Shown one piece after another: positions 41,022-54,134 of a stretch of DNA of 64,000 nt (positions are counted from its first letter, which is position 1; each line of letters starts with the position of its first letter). The stretch is from contig JBOZIK010000001.1 in the NCBI GenBank assembly GCA_051453625.1, forward strand, positions 17,316,760 to 17,380,759, read 5' to 3'. The position numbers and the translations under genes were made by a program. The notes under the pieces are model-generated. The model had not been told where the DNA came from. It did no database searches and was given only the letters and a program-made list of their open reading frames with translations. The stretch is from Welwitschia mirabilis (Eukaryota).

Positions 41022-44000
41022 TGTTACAATGTGTATTTGTGCAAGTGCTTAAGTTTTAAAGGATTTTGTCATTCATAAAATAAATAGATATCTCACAAAG
41101 TACAACACACTAATATGAGTGGGGGTAGACCCAAAATGTTGTATTCATGTTAAAGACTATGAGACAAAACTCGGATTGCTTTGTAAAAGACTATTATGAA
41201 CCAAAAATAAAGGATAAATGTTAGAAAATAAATTACAACATAAAATGCAAGGTGAAACTAATCTAGATGAAATGCAAAATGGAACTAATACTAATTACTT
41301 TTAGCCTTAACAAAGGCTACCCTTGATAATCTATATCAACTAAGAAATTATCATCAGATCAAGGAAAACATAGACTATAGGGGTTATAATAAAAACTAAC
41401 ATGAATACATGAAAACAAAATAAGTTTTTTGTATTAAAGAGTAATAAGCATTTTGGTTACAAAACAACTAGTTCTCAATAAAGGATTCACATCCCTACAC
41501 CAAGTGCATGTCTTTCTGCAAAGCTCAAAATGGATCTTCCACCCTTTAATTTCCTATTATGAGAATCACCGATGTAATAAAGATAAGAAGGAGAGTTGAA
41601 GGAGGACTTATTTATAGGAAAATATAGCAGAAAAAGACAAACAGAAGGTGTGGTTAGGCATGCTCATTTGCAATTCAGAAATGGATAAAATGATCAAGGG
41701 CCATTGTCAGAGTCGATTACATATCAGTGTCATCTTGACTATCGTCTGGATAACATGAGGGATGATAGTACATTATAAAAGATAACTCATGCTGCTGACT
41801 TAGTAGTCTACATCAGCAGTCGTTGTCTTTCTTGACATGGGGATAACAGAAGGGATGACGGTCTTCTTTAATCATTTTCTTGAAGAGAACTTAGCATTTT
41901 TGTTAATAATCATTCTTCAAAACTCTATGAAAAAGTTGAATAAGNNNNNNNNNNNNNNNNNNNNNNNNNNNNNNNNNNNNNNNNNNNNNNNNNNNNNNNN
42001 NNNNNNNNNNNNNNNNNNNNNNNNNNNNNNNNNNNNNNNNNNNNTGGTGCAAGTGAAAAAAAGCTAGAGTTAAGAGCCAAACCAATACTTATTAATAATA
42101 AACATACAAAGAATAAAATAGAGAAATGTTGCATTGTGTATTTGTGTAAGTTCTTAAGTTCTAAATGATTTTGTCATTCACAAAATAAATAGATATCTCA
42201 CAAAGTACAACACACTAGTATGAGTGGGAGTAGACCCAAAATGTTATATTCATGTTGAAGACTATGAGATGAAACTCGTATTGCTTTGTAAAAGAATAAT
42301 AAGAACCATAAATATAGGACAAATGTAAGAAAATAAATTGAAATGTAAAATGTAAGGTGCAAATATCTAGATAAAATGAAAAATGGAACTAATACTACTT
42401 ACTTTTAGCCTTAATAAAGACTACCCTTGATAATCTATATCATTCAAGAAATTGTCATCAGATTAAGGGCAACATAAACTATAAGGGTTATTAAAAAATC
42501 TTCAATGCAAATATGAAAATAAGATAAAGTTTATATTAAAAATGAGTAATAAGCATCTGGGTTATAAAATAGTTAAGCTTTAATGCAGGATATGCAACCC
42601 TCCACTAAAGGAACATCTTTTTGTAATACTCGAGATGGACCTCTTACCCTTTAATCTCTTGTCATGATAATTTCAAATGTAATGAAGATGATAAGAAGAA
42701 TCGAAGGGGAACTTATTTATAACAACTTATAGTAGAAAATAATAAACAAAAGGTATGATAAGATATGCTCTTTTACATNNNNNNNNNNNNNNNNNNNNNN
42801 NNNNNNNNNNNNNNNNNNNNNNNNNNNNNNNNNNNNNNNNNNNNNNNNNNNNNNNNNNNNNNNNNNNNNNNNNNNNNNTAAACTATAAGGGTTATTAAAA
42901 AATCTTCAATGAAAATATAAAAATAAAGTAAAGTTTATATTAAAAATGAGTAATAAGCATCTAGATTATAAAATAGTAGAGCTTTAATGTAGGATATACA
43001 ACCCTCCATCAAAGGAACATCTTTTTGCAACACTTGAGATGGACCTCCTACCCTTTAATCTTCTATCATGATAATTTCAAATGCAATGAAGATGATAAGA
43101 AGAATCGAAGAAAAACTTATTTATAACAACTTATAGTAGAAAAAATAAACAAAAGGTATGACAAGATATGCTCTTTTACATAAATGAAATAGACAAAATA
43201 ATCAAGGATCACTATCAGAGTCAATTACATATCAGTGTTGTCCTAACTGTTATTCAAATGACAAGGGGTATGATAGCTTATTACAAAAGATGATTCAAAA
43301 TAATGACTTAGCAGTGATTTGGTAGTTCACATTAGCAACTAGTGGTGTCATCGTCCTACCTATCATGTAGACAACAAAGGGAACAATAATCATCTTAATC
43401 ATATTCTTAAGGAGAAATTTAGTATTTTTATTAGTAATTTTCTTNNNNNNNNNNNNNNNNNNNNNNNNNNNNNNNNNNNNNNNNNNNNNNNNNNNNNNNN
43501 NNNNNNNNNNNNNNNNNNNNNNNNNNNNNNNNNNNNNNNNNNNNNNNNNNNNNNNNNNNNNNNNNNNNNNNNNNNNNNNNAGTAGAAAATAATAAACAAA
43601 AGGTATGATAAGATATGCTCTTTTACATAAATGAAATAGACGAAATGATCAAGGATTACTATCAGAGTCAATTACATATCAGTGTTGTCCTAACTGTTAT
43701 TTGAATGATAAGGGGCATGATAGCTTATTATAACAGATAATTCAAAATGATAACTTAGCAGTGATTTGGTAGTTCATATTAGCAACCAGTGGTATCATCA
43801 TCCTATCTATCATGCAGATAACAAAGGAAACAATGATTATCTTAATCATATTCTTAAGGAGAAATTTAGTATTTTTATTAGTAATCTTCTTTCAAAGATC
43901 TTTGCATCAGAATGTGCCTTAAATACATCAAATATGGGTAAGAATTACACATTTCTGATATCTTTTATCATTTCTCTAAAATCCTCAAAATTGCACTTAA

Positions 44001-44069
44001 ACCTATACAAAAGTCTTATAAAACAACTCATAAAACCCCATAAAATAACCAAAAATTTGTAGTACAACA
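41022..44069 (-). repeat. 3' LTR of a second family member, inflated by gap-flank duplicates (alternative start 42127)
   Basis: TGTTA/TGTTG start and CAACA end at 44069, followed by TACTCCCCCACTT (PPT AAGTGGGGGAGTA on the minus strand). Confidence 0.8.
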
Positions 44070-45040
44070 TACTCCCCCACTTAGCCTTTATCAGTCCTTG
44101 ATAAAAACTAGGCAAAAAACCATAATTATGAGGTAATGTTTTTTCAAAAGATAAATATGGAATTATAAAATAGGCTCATATAACATATCACATAGATAAA
44201 TAACAAGAAATGCATAATGTGTATGGGAATTTAAAAATTCTATATCATGAAAGATCTAAATTAAGTTAAAAAATTTTGAAAATGGATCATGAAAATAGGT
44301 CTCTCAATTTATTTGTAATGTGTATGTATGTAAGTGTTTATATTCAAAAGGATTCTATCATTTATAAAATAAGATAGATCTCTCACATAATCCAATATCC
44401 TAGTATGAGTGGGAATTAACCTGAAATGTCATATTCTCATTGAAGACTATGGAATAAGACTTATATTATCTTTTTCAAAGGAAATGAAAATACGAAATAA
44501 AAANNNNNNNNNNATGCAATGCAAATGAAAATGCAGTTTTATCTAAATGCAAATGCAAATAATCCTAAACTACCTTCTTTCATCCTTAACAAAGGCTACC
44601 CTTAATGATCTATATCATCCAAGAAATTGTTACTAGATTAATAGCAATATAAACCATAAGGATCATCTTAGAAACTAATATGTGTAAAAGAAAAATAAAG
44701 TTTTATATTAAAGAAGTAATAACATCTAGGTTATAAAATAGCCAAGATTCAATGAAGGATGCATATCTCTCTACCAAAGGAACATCTTTATGTAATATTC
44801 TAGATGATATTCTTCCCTTTGATCTCCTATCATAAGAATTTCCAATGTAANNNNNNNNNNNNNNNNNNNNNNNNNNNNNNNNNNNNNNNNNNNNNNNNNN
44901 NNNNNNNNNNNNNNNNNNNNNNNNNNNNNNNNNNNNNNNNNNNNNNNNNNTATATGGGAATTTAAAAATTCTATATAATGAAAGATATAAATTAAGTTAA
45001 AAATTTTTGAAAATAAGCCATGAAAATAGGTCTCTCAATT

Positions 45041-48000
45041 TGTTGTAATGTGTATGTATGTAAGTATTTATATTCAAAAGGATTCTATCATTTATAAAAT
45101 AAGATAAATCTCTCACACAATACAACATCCTAGTATGAGTGGGAATTAACCTGAAATGTCATATTCTCATATAAGACTATGAAATAAGACTTATATTATC
45201 TTTTCCAAAGGAAATGAGAATAAGAAATAAAAAATAATGCAGAAAAATAAATCTGCAATGCAAATGAAAATGTAGTTTTATCTAAATGCAAATGCAAATG
45301 ATCCTAAACTACCTCCTTTCATCTTTAACAAAGGCTACCCTTAATGATCTATATCATCTAAGAAATTGTTACTAGATCAAGAGCAATATAAATCATAAGG
45401 ATCATCTTAGAAACTAATATGCATAAAAGAAAACTAAAGTTTTATATTAAAGAAGTAAAAACATCTAGGTTATAAAATAGCCAAGCTTCAATGAAGGATG
45501 CATAGCTCTCTATCAAAGGCGCGTCTTTATGTAATATTCCAGATGGATCTTCTTCCCTTTGATCTCCTATCATGAGAATTTCCAATGTAATGAAGATGAG
45601 AGGAAGAGTCAAAGAGGAACTTATTTATAACAACTTACAGTAGAAAGCAACAAACAAAAGGTGTGTTAAGATATACTTTTTGTAAATGAAATAGATGAAA
45701 TGGTCAAGGATCACTGTCATAATGGGTTACATGTTAGTATCATCCCAGATATTATCTAAACAATAAGGGAGGTGACAACTTATTTCAAAAGATGACTTAA
45801 AATGATGACTTAGCATTGATTCAACAGTCCACATTAGTAACAAGTAGTATCATTGTCCTGCTTGTTATAGGGATGATAAAGGTGACAATAGTTTTCTTAA
45901 TCATATTCCTAAGGTAAAACTTAGTATTTTTATTAGTAACAATCCTCCAAAGTTCTATATATTAGAATGGGCCTTAAATACATCAAATCTAGGTAAGAAT
46001 TGTACATTTTTGAGATCTTTTATTATTTTTTCAAAATCCTTAGAATTGCATCTAAGCCTATACAAAGGTCCTACAAAATAACTCATAACACTTCATTAAA
46101 TAATCACAAATTGGTAGCACAACATAGCTCCCTACTTAGCCTTTATTAGTTCTTGACAAAAACTAAGGAAAAAGTCATAATTGTGAGCCAATTTTGTTTT
46201 TAAAAGACAAATATGGAATTATAAAATAGGCTCATAAAAACATCACATAGATAAATATTAAGTAATGCATAATGTATATAGAAGATTAAAAATTTTATAT
46301 TATGAAAGAACTAAATTAAGTTAAAAATTTTTAAAAATAAGCCATGAAAATGGATCTCTATCCCCTAAAGAAAAAGCAATACATTCCATATTGGAAACTA
46401 TATAAAAAAAAGTAGATGAGAGTGCAAAAGTAGATAAAAAAGGAAAACTTTCTAAAATGAAGTGCAAAGCTAAGTAATGCCAGTTTTGAAAAATATAGAT
46501 CTATGGAATATTTGGACAAGTAAATAAAAATGCTTCATTACAAAAATAAGTAATAGCAGCAGTTATAACACTAAAAGTAAACATCATAAAATTTATTTAA
46601 AAAACTCAACTAAGTAAGAAATCATGATCATAAGAAACTATAGTAATGACTTTAAAATAACTAATCAAACTATAAAAGAAAATAAAAATAATGGGTATAA
46701 GATAATAGGAATAAACGATAGCTTGTCTATCTAATATTTTAACCTAACACACTCTCATAAAAGAAATCATAACATCACTTGATGTAAAAATGCATCACTT
46801 CATGTGTAAAAAATTCCATTCGATAAGGCAGTCGTTATGATGATGCTAAAGATAAAACAAATGAATAGACCAAAGAATTGCTCAAAAATGAACTCACTTA
46901 TTGGCATCTCAAAACAAAGACCCAAATCTTAAGAAATGAAATGAGCTTATGAAATAGAATAAAAGTATAGAAAACAATCAATGCCTTCTATGATACTAGA
47001 AACACCACTAATTCATAGCCTCGAAATTTTAGTACAACTTTATTATCCATGATGAGAGGAGTGCAGCCACCATCAAAGAAGTAAAAAGCTATGAAGCATG
47101 ACCAACTAACCTCCTAGTAAAGTTTTAACAGCTATCATATTACACTGTCAAAGGCTCCTATCAGAAATATTTACCCCGATGTACTTGCAGTAAGACATCA
47201 TGATAATCATGTTTTTAAAATATCATAAATAAGACATCATGATTTTATTTTACCTCTTTTTTTCCCAAAAACTTGAAAGACACATTCCACATAATCAAAC
47301 ATTCCAAAAGATAAAGGTAAAAGTTGTAAGATAAAGACCAAAAATCTCTTAAATAATCTAAGATTCTTTTACCATTGAGAAAAATGAGCATCTTCCTTTA
47401 AATTGANNNNNNNNNNNNNNNNNNNNNNNNNNNNNNNNNNNNNNNNNNNNNNNNNNNNNNNNNNNNNNNNNNNNNNNNNNNNNNNNNNNNNNNNNNNNNN
47501 NNNNNNTCACTATCATAGTGGGTTACATGTTAGTATCATCCCAACTATCATCCAAACAATAAGTGAGATGATAGCTTATTACAAAAGATGACTTAAAATG
47601 ATGATTTAGCATTGATTCAGCAGTCTACCTTAGCAACAAGTAGTATCATCTTCCTGCTTGTTATAGGGATGATAAAGGTGACAATAATCTTCTTAACCAT
47701 ATTCTTAAGGTAAAACTTAGTAATTTTATTAGTAACATTCCTTTAAAGCTCTATGTATTAGAATGTGCCTTAAATACAACAAATATAGGTAAGAATTACA
47801 CATTTATAAGATCATCTATTATTTTTCCAAAATCCTTAGAATTGCATCTAAGCCTATACAAAGGTCCTATAAAACAACTCATAACACTTCATTAAATAAC
47901 CACAAATGGATAGCACAACATAGCTCTCCACTTAGCCTTTATTAGTCTTTAATAAAAACTAAGCAAAAAACCATAATTGTAAGCCAATTTTGTTTTCAAA

Positions 48001-50770
48001 AGATAAATATGCAATTATAAAATATGCTCATAAAACACATCACACAGATAAATAACAAGTAATGCATATTATATTATGAAAGAACTAAATTAAGTTAAAA
48101 ATTTTTAAAAATAAGCAATGAAAATGGGTCTCAGTACCCTAGAGAAAAAGTAATACATTCTATATTGGAAAATAGAGTAAAAAAAGTAGATGAGAATGAG
48201 AAGGTAGATAAAAAAGGACAATTTTCTAAAATGAAGTGAAAAGCTAAGTAATGCCAGTTTTGAAAAATATAATCTATGAAATATGTTGACAAGTAAATAA
48301 AAATATTTCATTACAAAAATAAGTAAGAGCAGCACTTATAACACTAAAAGTAAACATCATAAAATTTATTTAAAAAACTCAACTAAGAAAGAAATCATGA
48401 TGATAAGAAAATATAGTAATGACTTTAAAATAACTAATCAAACTATAAAAGAAAATAAAAAGAATGGATATAAGATAATAGGAATAAAATATATCTTGTC
48501 TATCTAATATTTTAACCTAACACACTCTCATAAAAGAAATCATAACATAACTTAATGTAAAAATGCATCACTTCATGTGTAAAAAATTCCATTCGATAAG
48601 GTATTCATTATGATGATGCTAAAGATAAAATAAATGAATAGACCAAAGAATTGCTTAAAAATCAACTCACTTATCGGTATCTCAAAACAAAGACCCAAAT
48701 CTTAAGAAATGAAATGAGCTTATGGAATAAACTAAAAGTTTAGAAAATAATCAATGCCTTCTATGATACTAGGAACACCACTAATTCATAAACTCAAAGT
48801 TTTAGTACAACTTTATTATCCATGATGAGGGAAGTGAAGCCACCATTAAAGAAGTAAAAACCTATGAAGCATGATCAACTAATCTCCTAGTGGAGTTTTA
48901 GTAGCTACCATATTACACTGTCAAAGGCTCCTCTCAGAAATATTACCTCGATGTACTTGCAGTAATACATCATGACAACCATGTTTTTAAAATATCACAA
49001 ATAAGATATCATGGTGTTATTTTACCTCTTTTTTTTCAAAAACTTGAAAGACAAATTCCACATGATCAAACATTCCAAAAGAGAAAGGTAAAATTTGTAA
49101 GATAAATACAAAAAAAGGACTCTTAAATAATCTAAGATCCTTTTACCATTGAGAAAAATGAGCATCTTCCTTTAAATTGAAGTTGATGAATGTGTGAATG
49201 TCCTATGATTGAATAAATCCAATCTTACCACCAAAATGCCTAAGTTAAAAGACTAGTCATGGAGATAAATACATAAGTCAAGTTTGAAAAATGATTAAGT
49301 AATGCCATAATAATGTTTAAAGAAAAAAGCTAAGAGAAAATTTAGATGATTTACTCATGTAATTCCAAACTTTTCCCCTCAACTTCCTGAAATTCTTGAA
49401 TAGCCAAGTTAGAAATGTCAACAGAGCCATAAAAATGTATTTTCTCAAAATAATAAAAAATGAAAATTAAGATTTTATTAACTCTCAACCTGCTCATCAT
49501 CCAGATGATAGAGGGGATGATAAGAATAGGGAAGAAAAATAAAAAATTATCAAAAAACACAAAAAATATTAAAAATCTATCAAAACTAACTATCATCCTA
49601 TCTATCGTGAGGATGACAAAGGAGATGACAAANNNNNNNNNNNNNNNNNNNNNNNNNNNNNNNNNNNNNNNNNNNNNNNNNNNNNNNNNNNNNNNNNNNN
49701 NNNNNNNNNNNNNNNNNNNNNNNNNNNNNNNNAAGTAATAGAAAACAAAAATCATGATTTTATTAACTATCATCCTGCTCATCATCCAAATGATAGAGGA
49801 GATGATAAGAATAGGGAAGAAAAATAAGAAATTATCAGAAAACACAAAAAAATATTAAAAATCTAAAAAACTATCAAAACTAACTATCATCATGTCTATT
49901 ATGAGGATGACAAAGGAGATAACAGATTATTATTGAAGAAACAAAAATAGAAACTACATATAAAAATAAAAACTCAAAGAAAAAAAAATGAAAACAAAGA
50001 CTATTAAAACAAAAAGCTGAAAATAAAATTCCAAGGCAAGCAAATTTTTATTTAATTTTTAAATCTAACTCATACTTTTATTAAAAAAAGGAAAAAAATT
50101 AAGGATCTATTTTGGTTGCAAGATATTGCATTCTTTTAGAGAAATAAGCTCCAAACCAGAAATTTACCAATTGATAAAACAGAAAAGAGGTATAATTATT
50201 TTCAAACAAAATCAATTGGATGAAAAGAGGAGTAATGTATANNNNNNNNNNNNNNNNNNNNNNNNNNNNNNNNNNNNNNNNNNNNNNNNNNNNNNNNNNN
50301 NNNNNNNNNNNNNNNNNNNNNNNNNNNNNNNNNNNNNNNNNNNNNNNNNNNNNNNNNNNNNNNNNNNNNNNNNNNNNNNNNNNNNNNNNNNNNNNNNNNN
50401 NNNNNTTATGATTTTTAATTTTTGGCTTATGTGATAGACAATCTCCCTCAAGATGTGAATCTCAGAATTGGACTTCCTTATATACTAAAGATTCTTTCTC
50501 ACTATCAAAGTTGGATGAATCAATGGTTTCTTCAATCCCAAGTTGGTCATCAATAAGCATAGGCTTATATGATTTTATCTTTATTCCTTTAATTGGATGA
50601 TGTTATAGGAATAAAGTTGGTTTCATGTTATTTTTAATGTTTATTTCATCATCTAAATATTTCTCAGTTACATCAAAGACTCTAATCATAAACATTTTAT
50701 TTCCACAATGACATTTCATTATTACTGCTGTTATATCAATGACGTAATGGGCTATTGCATAAAAGGCTNN
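45041..50770 (-). mobile_element. Third family member (element D): 3' LTR 45041-46124, long non-coding 3' region and protease C-terminal remnant; cut by the Tekay element
   Basis: TGTTG...CAACA LTR with PPT context tagctccctactt (duplicate LTR end at 47920, duplicate start at 44310). 50560-50768 reads PFYAIAHYVIDITAVIMKCHCGNKMF and is homologous to 38800-39020. Confidence 0.7.
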
Positions 50771-52457
50771 NNNNNNNNNNNNNNNNNNNNNNNNNNNNNN
50801 NNNNNNNNNNNNNNNNNNNNNNNNNNNNNNGTAGCAAGCTGAAATGACCTACCATGAATTATAAAAATTTTAACTCGCTTTGAGGTCAAAATTTAATCCC
50901 AGGATATCAAAGTTGCAAATTTTAAGTAATGCTCTAATACTCACATGTGATATCCCTAAAAAGATCAATTTAAAGAAAAGGAAGAACTTACTTTCCTTTA
51001 TACAAAAATTATGGATACTTAAACAAGGCTTAAATTTAAATTGTACATGAAATAATATGATAGNNNNNNNNNNNNNNNNNNNNNNNNNNNNNNNNNNNNN
51101 NNNNNNNNNNNNNNNNNNNNNNNNNNNNNNNNNNNNNNNNNNNNNNNNNNNNNNNNNNNNNNNTTACTTTGAAGCCAAAATTTAATCCTAGGATATCACA
51201 GTTGCAAATTTCAAGTAATGCTCTAATACTCACATGTGATATACCTAAAAAGATCAATTTAAAGAAAAGGAAGAACTTACTTTCCTTTATATAAGAATTA
51301 TGGATACCTAAGCAAGGCTTAAATTTAAATTGTACATGAAACAATATGATAGAAAAGGGCCTCTACAAAAGAAAGAACAAGTTTCAATCAATTTCACTAA
51401 AACTAAGTATAAGAGATTTTATCCCACTAAAATGCCATGGTGATGCTAATTTAACCATATGATAAGTAATTCATAAAGGATGTGAGGACCTATTCAATAT
51501 GAGTAGGAAACTTTACTAGGCACTCATGGTATAAAAGAAGCTATAAGAAAATCAACTTTTATTTTATTCATAAGTAATCATCATCAATTCCATAAGAGTG
51601 CAATGTATTACAATTACAATTACCTAAATNNNNNNNNNNATTATAAGAGGAGAAATTTGATGGCCAAGACTAGACTAATTATTAAATTCTATGGTAATAG
51701 CAAAATGTTTGCACTTATTAGGAATTAGACTAGGGATCTCTTCTTTTCTAAACTATCTAATAAATAATTATGCTAATGCTTTCATCTGAAAATTCTATTG
51801 ATGCAAAATTATAAGAAGGAAGGCCACCTTATCTTTACCATTTCTTAGCAAGTGAATGCCTATCTTGAAACCCCATAACTACAATGCAGTTTCTTTAAGA
51901 GCTCATAATGATAGTGTAGATTATTTGAGGATCTCTCCACTACAATGTAGCTAGAAGCTAGAAAGATAAACACTTGGCAATGGGAGAGGAAAAATGCACA
52001 GGGAGAAAATTCATTATGTGAGATTTCTAACATCACTTTACAAGCAAAATGTAGCAGATTTTTGATCATTTAGCTCATCGAGTAGGACCTCTTCTTCTTA
52101 GATAATGGTTTTTTCAGGCTAGGGAAGTTTAAGATGAGGTATTTATCCTATTGTTGGAAGTTTAAGAAACCATTTTTTGAGTGTGAAAGCATCTGAAATG
52201 CTCTAAAATGTTTCTACAATAGGGGTTTATAATGTGTTAAGAAAAAAAATGTTTTCTTGCAGGAAAGCGATTCTAACTTTTAGCTGCATTCAACGCTATC
52301 TAGTGCATCCTGATCTCACTTCTTTTTAGGCTAAATTAATTCAAAATCCTCTAAAACACATAAGGAAATCATTGTGTTGAAAATCCTAAAATGTTCAAAC
52401 TACAGTCTCAACAGAAACATGGGATACAATGAAGGGTAACACTCCTTAACTAATAAC

Positions 52458-52529
52458 GGTTTGGTGCTGTAATGGAAAGAGGCTGTTATTGTAAGAAGAA
52501 GGGCAGTGGTTCAAATCCCACCAACACCA
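52458..52529 (+). ncRNA. tRNA-like Pol III cassette inside the LTR (not a functional tRNA); second copy at ~61860-61924
   Basis: A box TGCTGTAATGG (TGGTGTAATGG in the other LTR), B box GGTTCAAATCC 32 bp later in a GTGG/CCAC T-arm-like stem, ending ...CACCA. The anticodon arm does not pair. Confidence 0.55.
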
Positions 52530-53406
52530 AAATGGTCCACAATTTGTTTAAATAGAACATCCCTCCTATTTTACATTTAAAATCTTATTTTAAGGTTTAA
52601 ATTATAGTTATGGGTATTACCTTTTCTTTATTTAATCCAACATTTAAGATTTCATCAAAATTGAGGGGCATCAGCTAATACCCATTCTCCAAGCTTATAA
52701 AATTATTACATTAAATAATTTTCATTTTAATCATGATGATTCTTAAAATTTCAAAAAAAACATCATTACCAAATATTTTCACATTACATAACCTTATCAT
52801 TAGATAACAAAAATAGCTCATAACATAAGGACAAGATTCAAGTTCCTTTAATAGATAATAATTGAAAATCTTCAAATAATAGATTTTATTGCAAACCTAT
52901 AGAAGGAAAAAAATCATTCCAAGTATCAATTTTTTTCCCCAACAATCTTCAATACTGCAAGCCACATCCAAAAAGGAAAATAAAATTGGTTTCATAATAA
53001 TAATAAGTACTGCAAACTACACAAACAAAAATAGAGTTTGTCTCATAATAATAATTAACACACTGAATACTTAAGAATTTAGAAATTGAACTCTAATAAC
53101 CCAAAGGAGGTACATTTAATTAAAATATTCTCCACCATTTTAAATTCATCATTCCTTCATAACGCATGTCATCTCAACAATTAAGCTCCATATTTTTCAC
53201 CTGTTACAAAAGAGTATGGGATGAGAACTGTGAAAATCTCATAGCCTCTAGTATGGCCTAGGAAAGAATAGGTATTTGACAAGATACTTCAATGATTGAG
53301 ATGATAAGGAAAAGTTTAAGACTTTTAATAAATCCAAGACATACACAAATAATGAATTCATGGTTATGTACAAAAGTATTAAATATGTAATCTCCATTAT
53401 TAATAA

Positions 53407-53738
53407 CTTCATTGCCTCATTCGATGATCTATGAAGCCCACTATGTAATTTGGTAATATATGGTTTTCCAATAATATTTAACTTCACTACCTTATTTGAT
53501 GATCTGTGAAACTCACTACCTCATTCGACGATCTATGGTACTCTCAATTATCATCAACTTCATTGCCTTATTTGCTGATCTGTAGGACTCTCAATTATCA
53601 TCAAATTCATTGCCTTATTTGGTGATCTGTGAAGTCCACTACCTCATTTCGAGATTTGTAGTAATATGATATTTCCATTGCCTCATTAAGCAATCTATGA
53701 GATTCTCTCTTCACTGCCTGATTTGGTGATCTATGAAG
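53407..53738. repeat. Degenerate tandem array in the 3' LTR, core CACTGCCTCATTTGGCGATCT(G/A)TG, about 9 units
   Basis: Directly visible repeats with short, reused linkers (aagtc, gtactctcaattatcatcaa). Confidence 0.85.
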
Positions 53739-54126
53739 TATAGACAAAATAATGTTATAAAGCTAAAGAAGTTTAACTACAATAATATACCTTACTAAGA
53801 GGATAACTTAATGGATAAATTTTCTCATAAATGTTTGTCTTATATAATATGATAGTTCAAGAAATCGAGGATAATTCGATAGAGATGAGATATGTATTAA
53901 CATAGAGTTTTTCATTATTCAAGTAACACATGATTTAGTAACTATCTTACATGAATGGATACACATCAATTTCAATAAGCAAATGCATAAAAAGTAAAGG
54001 ACCATACCAATTTTTAAGAATAACTCAAGATCTTTACAAGTCTTCAAGGCTTTTCTGGCTCTAAAACTTGGTAGAAAAAGATTCTCCAAAAAGAATGAAA
54101 GTGAGGAAAAAGGAGGAGGAGGGTTC

Positions 54127-54134
54127 TATTTGTA
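54127..54134 (-). promoter_or_regulatory. Likely LTR TATA box (eroded, TACAAATA)
   Basis: Minus strand reads TACAAATAGAACCC followed by a CT-rich tract, the usual LTR promoter layout. Confidence 0.45.

Noticed and set aside
48105-49845. Hydrophobic F/L/I-rich ORFs resembling membrane proteins (also 1452-1658, 5873-6079, 51036-51344, 60767-60994)
   Set aside because: This is the expected translation of T-rich LTR/UTR DNA; sister copies carry stops or frameshifts and no domain is recognisable.
52458-52529. Functional tRNA gene
   Set aside because: The D and anticodon stems do not pair, the acceptor stem has mismatches, and the second copy has a deletion; kept only as a tRNA-like cassette.
53407-53738. 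CRISPR-like appearance (palindromic ~30-bp repeats with spacers)
   Set aside because: Linkers are short, variable and reused, the repeats are degenerate, there are no cas genes, and the array sits in both LTRs of a plant retrotransposon.
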